Of a DNA stretch of 64,000 bases, positions 38,670 through 47,782 are shown one piece after another. The position numbers and the translations under genes are program-made. The notes under the pieces are model-generated. The model was given only the letters and a program-made list of their open reading frames with translations, did no database searches and had not been told where the DNA came from. The DNA is from a virus (Duplodnaviria > Caudoviricetes): positions 137,402 through 201,401 of IMG/VR virus record IMGVR_UViG_3300028833_000061; one strand, 5' to 3'. Position 1 is the first letter of the stretch; every line of letters starts with the position of its first letter.

Positions 38670-40301
38670 CTACAGACCAAACTTCTTCAAGGCCAACGAT
38701 ACAGAATCTCTAGTGTCTCTTCCTGGCCATCCCTGTGCCTTGTCTATGTCCTTAAGCCAGTTGGGATTGGCCCTGTAATAAGGTTCAAAATAGTCTGAAT
38801 TCAATCTACTTAGATTATCTATCCATCCATACGTAGGATTGTACACCATCTCATGTCCCAAGACCGTGGTTGGCGTAAAGACAGAAGGACCGACCTCGTC
38901 GAAGAATCTAAGCATCTCGCTACGAAGCTTCTGAGCTTTCGCGTCATCGACAGCAGTCGTACTACCGGCATCGGTTGGTCTAAGTCCACCAGTCTTTCCT
39001 ATGTCAGAAACCGCTGTATCTACGTAATTTGTCCCTAGTGGCGTCAACGCATTTGCGTCAAAATCCCACAGGCCTCCGGACATACCAAAGTCAGCTGGCC
39101 TTGAAGAGTCTCCAAACCCGCCATTTACATAAGCGGATATGGAATTCCTGAACATAGGATATTTTCCTGTCTGCTGTACTACTGCTCTTAAAACAGCCTC
39201 ATCCAGAGCATTATCAGCGGCCCACTGCCTGTCCTCGTCTGACATTCCGCTGTCACCAGCCCACGCCCCCATCATAGGAGCCCAGCTGTAAGCCATGTTT
39301 CCTATAGACGGATCCATGCTAAAACTGGTGTTCTCGTCTGTAGGAAGCATGGATGCGGCCAACGACGTGAACCTACTCTGACGTGGTGCATATCCTACGC
39401 CGTCTCTGGCATACGTCTCTCTGCCGACAGGCGTCTTCTCTAGCGCAGATGCTTTAGATGCATTGAAAAACGGCGTTCCGGCGTAATCAGCCTCTTGCAT
39501 AGGAGCGCCTTCGCCTCCTGGAGACATGAACGGAACATTGAACCTTAGAGGACGATAAGCCGTTGCCGGCTTGCCTTTGGTGCTATGATTGTTCTTCTCT
39601 GCAGCGGCCGCCGCGTCTCTGTTAACCTTTGCGTAGTCCTTCGGTGTCTGTGCACCCATCATCTCATCAAGGACCGCGATGTTGTCGTCATTTCTCTTTG
39701 CCATAGAATACGCGGCACCACCGTATTTCTGCATTCTACGGCGTTTCTTGTTCCTGCTTCTCCTATCTAGAAACAGATACGTGAGAAGAGCTGTTGTGGC
39801 AAGACCTCCCCAAGTCCACGGACTCTTCCAGTCGACAGACCAGCCACCGTTCGTCTGCTGAGGCGTTGTCGTATTTACAGGATTAGTATTAGGAACATCT
39901 GGAACACCTGCATCAGTACCAGCAGAATCAGCAAGAAGGCTCTCGTCCACTGTAGACTGAGATGGCTGCGGAGGTGCATCGACCTGTGGAGCGGGCGCTG
40001 GCGCTGTTTCTGGTGGATTTACGCTTGCTGTTGGAGCCGCTCCAGGTCTGAACAGTCCTCCGGTCTCTCTCTTTGCCGTGGTTCCAACGGCAGAAGCGGC
40101 CTGCTGTGGCGTGTAGGCCTGACCTTTTGCTCCAGTTGCCTTCCATGCCCTCTGGGCAGCGTCCTGAACAATGTCCTTTCCTACAAGATTGAACATCCTC
40201 TTCTCCCCGTCATTATAGAACAACCACGGCGGAACTGAGTCAGTAGCATAGTCCTTCGTTAGAATGCGTTCGGCTGTCGTCTTCGGTCTTTGAATGGCCA
40301 T
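38670..40301 (-). CDS. Hypothetical single-TM protein (543 aa)
   Basis: WTWGGLATTALLTYLFL followed by a basic RRSRNKKRRR stretch; Pro-rich linker. Confidence 0.6.
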   Translation of the reverse strand: MAIQRPKTTAERILTKDYATDSVPPWLFYNDGEKRMFNLVGKDIVQDAAQRAWKATGAKGQAYTPQQAASAVGTTAKRETGGLFRPGAAPTASVNPPETAPAPAPQVDAPPQPSQSTVDESLLADSAGTDAGVPDVPNTNPVNTTTPQQTNGGWSVDWKSPWTWGGLATTALLTYLFLDRRSRNKKRRRMQKYGGAAYSMAKRNDDNIAVLDEMMGAQTPKDYAKVNRDAAAAAEKNNHSTKGKPATAYRPLRFNVPFMSPGGEGAPMQEADYAGTPFFNASKASALEKTPVGRETYARDGVGYAPRQSRFTSLAASMLPTDENTSFSMDPSIGNMAYSWAPMMGAWAGDSGMSDEDRQWAADNALDEAVLRAVVQQTGKYPMFRNSISAYVNGGFGDSSRPADFGMSGGLWDFDANALTPLGTNYVDTAVSDIGKTGGLRPTDAGSTTAVDDAKAQKLRSEMLRFFDEVGPSVFTPTTVLGHEMVYNPTYGWIDNLSRLNSDYFEPYYRANPNWLKDIDKAQGWPGRDTRDSVSLALKKFGL

Positions 40302-40310
40302 AGTAGGCTC

Positions 40311-43300
40311 CTACATGTCTAAAATTTGAACTGGATCGTTCATTCCTATGAGACCTTGTCTGTAGGCCTCCTTGGCATCTTTCGCTGTTCTGAATACCTT
40401 GGGCCTCTTCCTCGTCGCAGGCCTTGTAAGATTGTACAGTCCCATCACCTGCTCGTTCTCAGGCTTGTATCTTGGAGACGACAAATCTGTAAGCGAAATT
40501 AGATTCTTGGATGGAAGCATCTTCTCGTATGCTTCCCTGACAGCCTTGTCAGACGACGGCACGTGAATGTTAACCTGGTCTCCGTCGAAATCTCCAGCCA
40601 TTGGCGATGCGCTGAACGGGCTTATTCGTATCGACTTTCCGTCAACAAGCGACGGTTTGTATGCCATGATGTTGAACTTGTGCCATGTCGGAGCCCTGTC
40701 CATCAAAACAGGCCTGTTTGCCATCTCCTCCTGAAGCGCATTAAGCGCTGTGTCGTCCCTGCCTCTTATCATATTTACAGCCTGAACGGGACTGTACCCG
40801 CGTCTAACCAACCGACGCTGTACATATGGCTTATACATCTCCCACGCAATATCCTTCGGTATGCCGATCTGGTCCATATCCAGGTTTTCATCTGGAGTTA
40901 TGACCGCTCGTCCTACATTGTCGAGGTTCTTGGCTATGATCTTGGCCTGGAACATAGAAAATTTCGGAGAACCTGTTCCTATAACCTGCCTTATGGCTCC
41001 TTTGATGTTCTTGGACTGTCCCTCTGGCGTTATTGGGTCTCCAAGTCCAAACACAGCGGCTACAGACTTGTACAGGTTCAGCCTCTCGTCCGCTAGAGAT
41101 TCGTCTGCAACAGATCCCTTCAGCGCAGAATAATTCTCGGCGTTCTCTATGACGTCCTTGTATAGATCGTTAAGATCCGATACTAGTTGCGTATCGCCAA
41201 GTTTAGACACGGGCCTGAACTTCGGAGGTATGACAGGAACCTTTGTTATCATCCAATCCTTGGGCTCAAGGCCCTGCTCCTGCATCGATTTAAGATATCC
41301 AAGTACCTTTACCGCGTTGTCTCTTCCGGCGCCTCTCTTGTTCTGGATGTCATTTCTGGCTGCCGATATTGCCTTGTCGACGTCAATGGCCTCAAGCGCT
41401 GACTTTATCGCCTCTCCGCCAGTCTTTCCATTCAACTTCTCTGTGCCTGACAAAATCTTCTCAAGCTGATCTACTGTAAGACCAAGTACACGCCTTACAG
41501 GCTCCTCCATTATAGGATTCGGTATAGGCTCTGGAAGCTTTATAGCTGACCACCTGAGACCGTCTGGACCGCCTGTCTTCCCGAGGTCAAACAAACCGCC
41601 GTCTACAGGCTTCAGATCTGAATTCATCATCTTGGAATTCTTTATAATTCTATTGCCTGCCATCTCGTCGATATCTTTGTCCGTAAGAGGAAGTATAGAC
41701 GTCTTGCTTCCCTTCTCTACGACATTTATTCCTCCGGCCTTCAGCGTCTCCAGGAATTTGTTGTATATGAAAGGAACACCAGGTTCAGGTACTGGAAGCC
41801 CTAATCTAAGTTTGTTCCAGTACTCCTCGTTCTTCGTGCCGCGGATCGTCATCATATCCTTTAGATTCTCTGTCGCGCCGTGTGACAAAAGAGCCGTCCT
41901 GTCGAGACCCGAGACCCTTTTGGCTCCTGAAAATCCGCCTCTTGCCGGTGCTTCGTCCTGAGTATATGCAGCATCGTTTCCTCTGGCAGACAGCTTTTTC
42001 TCTGCGAGATGGTGGAACGCCTGAATGTATACGTAGCCATCACCGATGTTGTGCAGCGTCTTTCCGGTACTTGGGTCAAATATGTCCGAAGAATCCTTGA
42101 CTCCGGCAGCATCAAGCTGTGCCTTCGCCCAAGTCGCCCATCCCTCCTCAGGAGGAAGCTGTGGGATGCGTACCTGCTTTCCGGTCTTCTTGGCAACCTT
42201 GCCAAGAGCTATCTCGATAAGCTGATTCGGGGCAACTCGTGACAGGAATCCCATAGGATTCATTAGAATCTCGTAAGGCTCGTTCGTAACCGCGTCACGA
42301 GGCATCTCGTCGTCTGGACGGACTTCTCCTATTGTACCCTTGAGAGCGTCATGAGGAGACAGCTTGTCTGCTACCTGCTTTGGCGGCGTAGTCACGACAT
42401 TTACCTTGGCGCCGCTTGGCGTCATTACAGCATCGACAACAGTGCCAGGCCAGTCGTGCTCCCACACCTCTGATCTATCTGTAAACGAATTACGCAGCGT
42501 CTTTGACAGCTTGCCGAGCATTGCATCTTTCGCAGACAGAAGCTTCGGCCCGATAGATACGATTATAGGATCGCCTTTGTGAAGTACGGTTCCAGGCTTG
42601 GCTATTCCATTGTCGTCTATGTTTTCAAGCTGCTGCTTCGTAAAAGCCTGCGGGAATGCCGCCATGTACTTCTTCTTGTCTATAAGCACGCCGTTCTTCT
42701 TGTCCGTGTCAAATCCGAACAGCTGTTCGGTAGCCAGCTTCTTGGCCGCAGTCTCGGATATGACTATCGCGTCCTCGAAGTTGCCTGACTTGCCTGACGG
42801 CATAATTGCTACCTTCAGGTTGACGCCCGTATTGAACGATCCTGTTTTCTTGTCCGTGAAGTTGGAGTGGGCTATCAAATCGCCCTTTCTAACGCTCTGC
42901 CCGACCTCAACGGCAGGAAACGTCGAGAACGACGACATTCTATTATGTGGATAGTACTTTACAAGATCGTACGTCCTCTTCTTGCCATCTGCACCCTTTA
43001 CGACGACACTGTCGTCGTTCACAGCAGTCACGACTCCGTCTTCATTGGCTGTGACGGAGCCTATTCTCTTTCCATAATGCTCAAGAAAAGTCTCTTTTCC
43101 ATCAGGCATCAAAGACGCGACTAGAGGAACCTCTCCCTTTGCCATCGGAAGATACTGCTCCCAGAACTTTGTAGCATAGAACTGTCTTGCGCCCTGGACG
43201 CCTGTCGGCATTGGATTGAAGTTGGTTGTCGTAGTAGACATGGACGAGAAATCGGGCACCATGTACGAAACCTCGTTCCTTGCCACCTTGGTAGGAACGT

Positions 43301-44741
43301 TATCCTTCATTGCATACAGGAATTTCGAATTGGGATCCTGTCCAGGAAATGCAACACCACCATCGACAGCCTTTGCCAGGCTTACAAACTCCTTCTTGCC
43401 CGTCTTCAGATTTATAAACTTCGAGTACAGCTGGCCGTCTTTTCCTTTATATGTATTGGAGGCGGCTCTGACATCCACACCCGCATTCATCGACTCAGGG
43501 CCAGCAACAGGATCAACAAATCCAAGATAATCTCCCTGCACATCCCTTGCTTCTGCAGTAACGGCATCTGGAGATCCGATTCCGCCTTGGCCCATCTTGG
43601 TTATGCGGTTCATCTGAACATAGTTCGATATCGGATTTGCCTCTTCGCCAGGAAGCGCAAGACCCGTTCCGCTCAAGAAATGCTCGATGTACGGATTCAG
43701 CGCGCCTCTCGGAATCCTTCCAAGATTACGATCGCGCTTAGCCTTCCACAACAGCTGCTGCGTAAGCTTTCCAGAGTCCTTGTCGACACGTTCCTTAAGA
43801 AAGTCCTCTATCGAATAGACGCTAGAATACCTAGGAGAGTCTCTTCTGTCAGGCTGTTCGTCGCCCCTGGATATGTTTATTACCTTCTGCGAGGCGCGTA
43901 GGAGAAGCTCTGGCGTGATTCCCTTGGTATCTACAAGACCCATAGTGCGCTGGACGACATCCTCGTCCATTCCACACTGTGCAAGGGAATCCTTAACGTA
44001 TCTCGCCATCTCAAACTCATTGGCAAGAGCATCCGCCTTCTTGCCTGCAAGTCTGCGATATAGCCTCTTCATAGCCTGAGAGTCGTGCTTCTTTGCGTTC
44101 TCAAGCGTTACGTCGTTGCCCCAGTACTTTGCGATTGTCTTGTCGTCTACGCCTATGCCCTTAAGCACTGGATACAACGGTATGTGACCCTGGCCAACCT
44201 GCATGCTGAACACGCCTGTCTCTGGATTCATCTCTATTCTGAATCCAGGGCCTGTTCCAGGTTTTACATTGAATTGGGCCTCGTACTCTCCAGACGTCTT
44301 TCGTCTTGCGTACACGCCAGGACGAAGTCTCGACTGATTGACTACAGTGTACTCATTTCCATTAGAAATTATCGTACCTCTGTCCGTGTAATACGGCACG
44401 TTCATTATAACGTCATCACGCTCGTCTATGACCTTGTTGCTCTTCTTGTCGATAAGTTTCCACGTTCCAGACATCCTCGTCTGGAGCTTACGGTTCTTCA
44501 GAAGAGCGTCCTTCTGCTGTGCTATGGTGAAGCTCTGAGGACTGGTATACCTTACGTTGTCCAGCTCGATCCTGTAGTCGTCGTTCTCAACAGGAAACCG
44601 TTTCTTTACAGAATCCAGAAGTCCATCATATATGAACTGACGTGTCTTTTTTGTGTCATCGAACTGGCGCAGGTCGTCAGGAACGTCGGACACCGTGCCC
44701 GCCGCCTGCTTTTGTGCCAGTGGTATGCTGTCGAGAAGCAT
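40311..44741 (-). CDS. rpoBC: DNA-directed RNA polymerase, beta fused to the N-terminal part of beta' (carries the catalytic site)
   Basis: Beta motifs: NFEDAIVISE, ADKLSPHDALKG, NPMGFLSR, HHLAEKKLSAR, GAKRVSG. Beta' motifs: VPVIPPKFRP, DLNDLY, GRAVITP, DRAPTWHK, AGDFDGDQ (40578-40598). Confidence 0.95.
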   Translation of the reverse strand: MLLDSIPLAQKQAAGTVSDVPDDLRQFDDTKKTRQFIYDGLLDSVKKRFPVENDDYRIELDNVRYTSPQSFTIAQQKDALLKNRKLQTRMSGTWKLIDKKSNKVIDERDDVIMNVPYYTDRGTIISNGNEYTVVNQSRLRPGVYARRKTSGEYEAQFNVKPGTGPGFRIEMNPETGVFSMQVGQGHIPLYPVLKGIGVDDKTIAKYWGNDVTLENAKKHDSQAMKRLYRRLAGKKADALANEFEMARYVKDSLAQCGMDEDVVQRTMGLVDTKGITPELLLRASQKVINISRGDEQPDRRDSPRYSSVYSIEDFLKERVDKDSGKLTQQLLWKAKRDRNLGRIPRGALNPYIEHFLSGTGLALPGEEANPISNYVQMNRITKMGQGGIGSPDAVTAEARDVQGDYLGFVDPVAGPESMNAGVDVRAASNTYKGKDGQLYSKFINLKTGKKEFVSLAKAVDGGVAFPGQDPNSKFLYAMKDNVPTKVARNEVSYMVPDFSSMSTTTTNFNPMPTGVQGARQFYATKFWEQYLPMAKGEVPLVASLMPDGKETFLEHYGKRIGSVTANEDGVVTAVNDDSVVVKGADGKKRTYDLVKYYPHNRMSSFSTFPAVEVGQSVRKGDLIAHSNFTDKKTGSFNTGVNLKVAIMPSGKSGNFEDAIVISETAAKKLATEQLFGFDTDKKNGVLIDKKKYMAAFPQAFTKQQLENIDDNGIAKPGTVLHKGDPIIVSIGPKLLSAKDAMLGKLSKTLRNSFTDRSEVWEHDWPGTVVDAVMTPSGAKVNVVTTPPKQVADKLSPHDALKGTIGEVRPDDEMPRDAVTNEPYEILMNPMGFLSRVAPNQLIEIALGKVAKKTGKQVRIPQLPPEEGWATWAKAQLDAAGVKDSSDIFDPSTGKTLHNIGDGYVYIQAFHHLAEKKLSARGNDAAYTQDEAPARGGFSGAKRVSGLDRTALLSHGATENLKDMMTIRGTKNEEYWNKLRLGLPVPEPGVPFIYNKFLETLKAGGINVVEKGSKTSILPLTDKDIDEMAGNRIIKNSKMMNSDLKPVDGGLFDLGKTGGPDGLRWSAIKLPEPIPNPIMEEPVRRVLGLTVDQLEKILSGTEKLNGKTGGEAIKSALEAIDVDKAISAARNDIQNKRGAGRDNAVKVLGYLKSMQEQGLEPKDWMITKVPVIPPKFRPVSKLGDTQLVSDLNDLYKDVIENAENYSALKGSVADESLADERLNLYKSVAAVFGLGDPITPEGQSKNIKGAIRQVIGTGSPKFSMFQAKIIAKNLDNVGRAVITPDENLDMDQIGIPKDIAWEMYKPYVQRRLVRRGYSPVQAVNMIRGRDDTALNALQEEMANRPVLMDRAPTWHKFNIMAYKPSLVDGKSIRISPFSASPMAGDFDGDQVNIHVPSSDKAVREAYEKMLPSKNLISLTDLSSPRYKPENEQVMGLYNLTRPATRKRPKVFRTAKDAKEAYRQGLIGMNDPVQILDM

Positions 44742-44747
44742 CGTAGT

Positions 44748-45071
44748 CTAGATCTCTCCGTCTTCGTGCAACTTGGCTATTGCGTCGGCAATAAGTCTCT
44801 TCTTTTCGTTAATAACGTCCTTAGCACCGCTATCTGATCCTACAAGCCTTACACGCCCGCCTATTAAGTTATCGCCGCTCTTCTTCTTTTTCTTGGATGA
44901 ACCTTTCTCGTCCTGCATGGCGATTATTGTATCGATCTTCTGCTCCAGGTCTCTGTTTGTCTTGTCTGTGTTGATAGACAGGTTTGCGAGCGTCTCGCCG
45001 GCAGAGCGCATCATGTCCAAAATTCCCGCTTTCTTGCAGAAAAACGAGTATCCTAGTTCTTTTGCTGTCAT
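44748..45071 (-). CDS. Small protein with a leader-like N-terminus
   Basis: MTAKELGYSFFCKKAG. Confidence 0.55.
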   Translation of the reverse strand: MTAKELGYSFFCKKAGILDMMRSAGETLANLSINTDKTNRDLEQKIDTIIAMQDEKGSSKKKKKSGDNLIGGRVRLVGSDSGAKDVINEKKRLIADAIAKLHEDGEI

Positions 45072-47053
45072 TTTTGTCCACCCTTATTTGGCCGCAAAAT
45101 CTGGGTAGGAACATCGATATAGCGTTCTGGAAACTCAGGATCTTTTCCTGAATACCAACCGCTGTCACGATCCATCTGCGGTTTACCAGTGCCTGGAACA
45201 AGTATACGGGTCATTCCTTTAGGAACTGGAACTACATCGACATCATCACCAGCTGTCAACGCTCTTGGTTTCGCATCGGGACGTGAATTTCCATTAGGAA
45301 ACTCAAGGTCTTCTACATTCCACAGATTAGGATTCCTGCGTTTAACGGCTGCTTGCGTTGGAGCAGGCGCTGGTGCGGCCGGAGCAGGCACTGGAGCGGC
45401 CGGAGCAGGCGCTGGTGCAGCAGAAGCAGTCGATGGAGCCTCATTCTGTGCAGGAGCGGGTGCTGCAGGAGCTGGTGGCTCGACAGGCTCTATTCCGGCT
45501 TCTCCACCAACGCGATACTCCTTACCAGTAGTCGGATCTACAAATGTGCCGTCTTGTCCAGGAGTCACGCCAGGCGTGGCATATCCCTCGCCTTGATTTT
45601 CATTGACAGCATCGGCAGGATTTTGCTGACCGACGATCTTACCGATACGTTTCTTCAATCTATCTGCAAAGATCCTCTTGCCCCATGCTGTGTCAGCGAT
45701 AAGACTGCCGAGTCCACCGAAGAACCAATCTGCCGCGGGCTGTATCAGCTTGCCAAGCCATGTGTCTCCAAAGCCAGTACCGTTATACCAGTCACGGGCC
45801 TGCACCCTCGTAATATTCTTACGCTGTTCTCTGTAACGATCGTCCATGACGGCGTTCATAAGCTTATCTGATGTTTCAGGGGCATTGAACTGGCCGAGAA
45901 CCGCTCGCTGTACGGAATCTAGCTTAGTAGGATCGAGCGACGGCGCGCCAGGAGTGCCATACGTCCACTGTGTCGGATCTGTACCTGGCATGCCCATTCC
46001 GGAAAACAGCGCATCCACGACTTCGTACGGGTCATAATTTTCCGGTACTTCAGCAATCTTCTCGTTAGGCCACTTAGTAGACATAAGCGTAGCCATTATC
46101 GTCATACCGGCCACTGCATCTACAACATCTATGCGTCTTTCGGCGCTTGCTGTCTTGAACACTATGTTCTTTACTCTGGTGCGGTCGACTATATTCGAGT
46201 CCGAGTCCTCCTCGTCGAACTTCTTGTCGAGGAACTTCTTCGTAAGATACGACGATGCAGCTGCAAGCAAGATAGCGGTCGCTCCAGCAACTCCTAGTGC
46301 GTCAGATGCGAAGCCGCCGTTATTGTTCTCCGGCTCTTCGGACGGGGTAGTCATCGAATGCCATGCACGTTCTCCGAGCGACGGAGTCACGACAGGCTTT
46401 ATGTCCGAATAAGTTCCGACATATTCTTTTGCCTCCTTGACCTCGGATGTCTTCGTAAGAAAATCGATATACTCCTTCTGTGCTGCCGCAATCTCTCGTT
46501 CTAGTCTCTTTCTCTTGAGATAATCATATGTCTGCTGCGTCAGATACCATCCGAGGCCAGCACCTGCTACTCCAAGCGCGCCACCCACAGATATATCACC
46601 AACACGCTCAAGAAACTCTGGAGAATACGACTCTCTGTATGGCTTCTCCTCCTGTGCGCATTTGCTTAGACTGTGATCGTCATCCTCGCACACGACGTCA
46701 AATCCGCTAGCAAAAGTGCCATCGCTGTTTCTAGCCTGACGAAGCGTCGCCTTCCCGCAGTTTGAATTCTCTATGTCAGAAAAGCTGTCCCTCGCAGACG
46801 CCATCTTTGGAGTTGTAATAACGAGAGTGTCGCTTGAAATTCTAGGCTTCTTACGCCTTTTCTCCTTCTTCTTGTCCTCTATCGCATCCAAGACGTCCTT
46901 GACCATGGCAAGTGTCGCATACGCGCCTGCTCCCATGGCCATGCCCCTAAGGCCGGTCTGTATCGCAGGATTGCGCTCCATGAACTCAGCCGTATCATCC
47001 TTCTTGTCGTTATAGAAGTTTACAAGATTCTGTTTTATCTCAGATGCTGTCAT
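45068..47053 (-). CDS. Multi-module membrane-helix protein with KxA sites (661 aa)
   Basis: Three Gly/Ala hydrophobic helices, each followed by basic residues, separated by KMAS/KCA/KEA/KTAS; Pro-Ala-rich tail. Confidence 0.65.
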   Translation of the reverse strand: MTASEIKQNLVNFYNDKKDDTAEFMERNPAIQTGLRGMAMGAGAYATLAMVKDVLDAIEDKKKEKRRKKPRISSDTLVITTPKMASARDSFSDIENSNCGKATLRQARNSDGTFASGFDVVCEDDDHSLSKCAQEEKPYRESYSPEFLERVGDISVGGALGVAGAGLGWYLTQQTYDYLKRKRLEREIAAAQKEYIDFLTKTSEVKEAKEYVGTYSDIKPVVTPSLGERAWHSMTTPSEEPENNNGGFASDALGVAGATAILLAAASSYLTKKFLDKKFDEEDSDSNIVDRTRVKNIVFKTASAERRIDVVDAVAGMTIMATLMSTKWPNEKIAEVPENYDPYEVVDALFSGMGMPGTDPTQWTYGTPGAPSLDPTKLDSVQRAVLGQFNAPETSDKLMNAVMDDRYREQRKNITRVQARDWYNGTGFGDTWLGKLIQPAADWFFGGLGSLIADTAWGKRIFADRLKKRIGKIVGQQNPADAVNENQGEGYATPGVTPGQDGTFVDPTTGKEYRVGGEAGIEPVEPPAPAAPAPAQNEAPSTASAAPAPAPAAPVPAPAAPAPAPTQAAVKRRNPNLWNVEDLEFPNGNSRPDAKPRALTAGDDVDVVPVPKGMTRILVPGTGKPQMDRDSGWYSGKDPEFPERYIDVPTQILRPNKGGQK

Positions 47054-47054
47054 T

Positions 47055-47363
47055 CTAATCCTCCAACGTGTACTCGACCCACTTCAAAAGACGCATCCAG
47101 GTCGTAGACCCGTCGCTACGCTGCATCTTATCGGTCTTGTCGCTAGATACTGTAACTATGCCCGCGTATACCTTATTAAGCAGATCCTTCTCAACTTCGG
47201 TGCACTTAGCTCTTTGTTCAGGGTCAAGAAGATCGAATACCTCTATTCTAACACGGGATATTACTACGTCCTTGTGTCCCTCAAGCTTAGATACAGCATA
47301 AGCCAGGTCGGCCTCGCCGATCGGCATCGCTATTGGCATTCTAGTAGGTGGCTTAAGCGGCAT
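47055..47363 (-). CDS. Hypothetical protein (102 aa)
   Basis: Tiles with the operon. Confidence 0.55.
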   Translation of the reverse strand: MPLKPPTRMPIAMPIGEADLAYAVSKLEGHKDVVISRVRIEVFDLLDPEQRAKCTEVEKDLLNKVYAGIVTVSSDKTDKMQRSDGSTTWMRLLKWVEYTLED

Positions 47364-47374
47364 TTCTACAAAAA

Positions 47375-47749
47375 CTATGCAAATTCCTCAGGATTCATAA
47401 GACGACTTTTCATAGCGTTCATAACATTGTTGTATGTGTCCCTTGTTGCTATCAGACGTTCTGTCTTCTTGCTGTCCTTCTTCATGGATCTGTCCAAGTA
47501 GTGCAACATCGCGCCTACAGGAACGCCGGCAAGCACCGACAAGGCTATCGCATTCGTCAGAGTACCGCTTACAGCACCTGATGTAACTCCATAAGCCTTG
47601 CCAAGCACGTCAAGCACACCCGAGGACTTGATCATGCCATCAAGGCCGATGTCCTTCGGTGTCTTTCCACAGGACGCAGTCTTGCGCATTATTCCAAACT
47701 TAATGCACTGCAGTCTCTCTTCGTCTGTCAAGTAATCCTTAAAGTTCAT
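47375..47749 (-). CDS. Small membrane-helix protein with KTAS
   Basis: IKFGIMRKTAS; AIALSVLAGVPVGAMLHYL. Confidence 0.55.
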   Translation of the reverse strand: MNFKDYLTDEERLQCIKFGIMRKTASCGKTPKDIGLDGMIKSSGVLDVLGKAYGVTSGAVSGTLTNAIALSVLAGVPVGAMLHYLDRSMKKDSKKTERLIATRDTYNNVMNAMKSRLMNPEEFA

Positions 47750-47782
47750 TTTTCGCCTTCCTGCTATTAAAGCACAAAAACA

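Noticed and set aside
31877-40310. Intron or intein explaining the beta' split
   Set aside because: The interval holds ordinary ORFs with their own promoters and terminators. I saw no homing endonuclease or intein termini, and both halves have clean starts and stops.
30005-44741. Cellular rpoBC locus or prophage flank
   Set aside because: The motifs are highly diverged, there are no ribosomal-protein neighbours, and the genes are interleaved with phage head genes.
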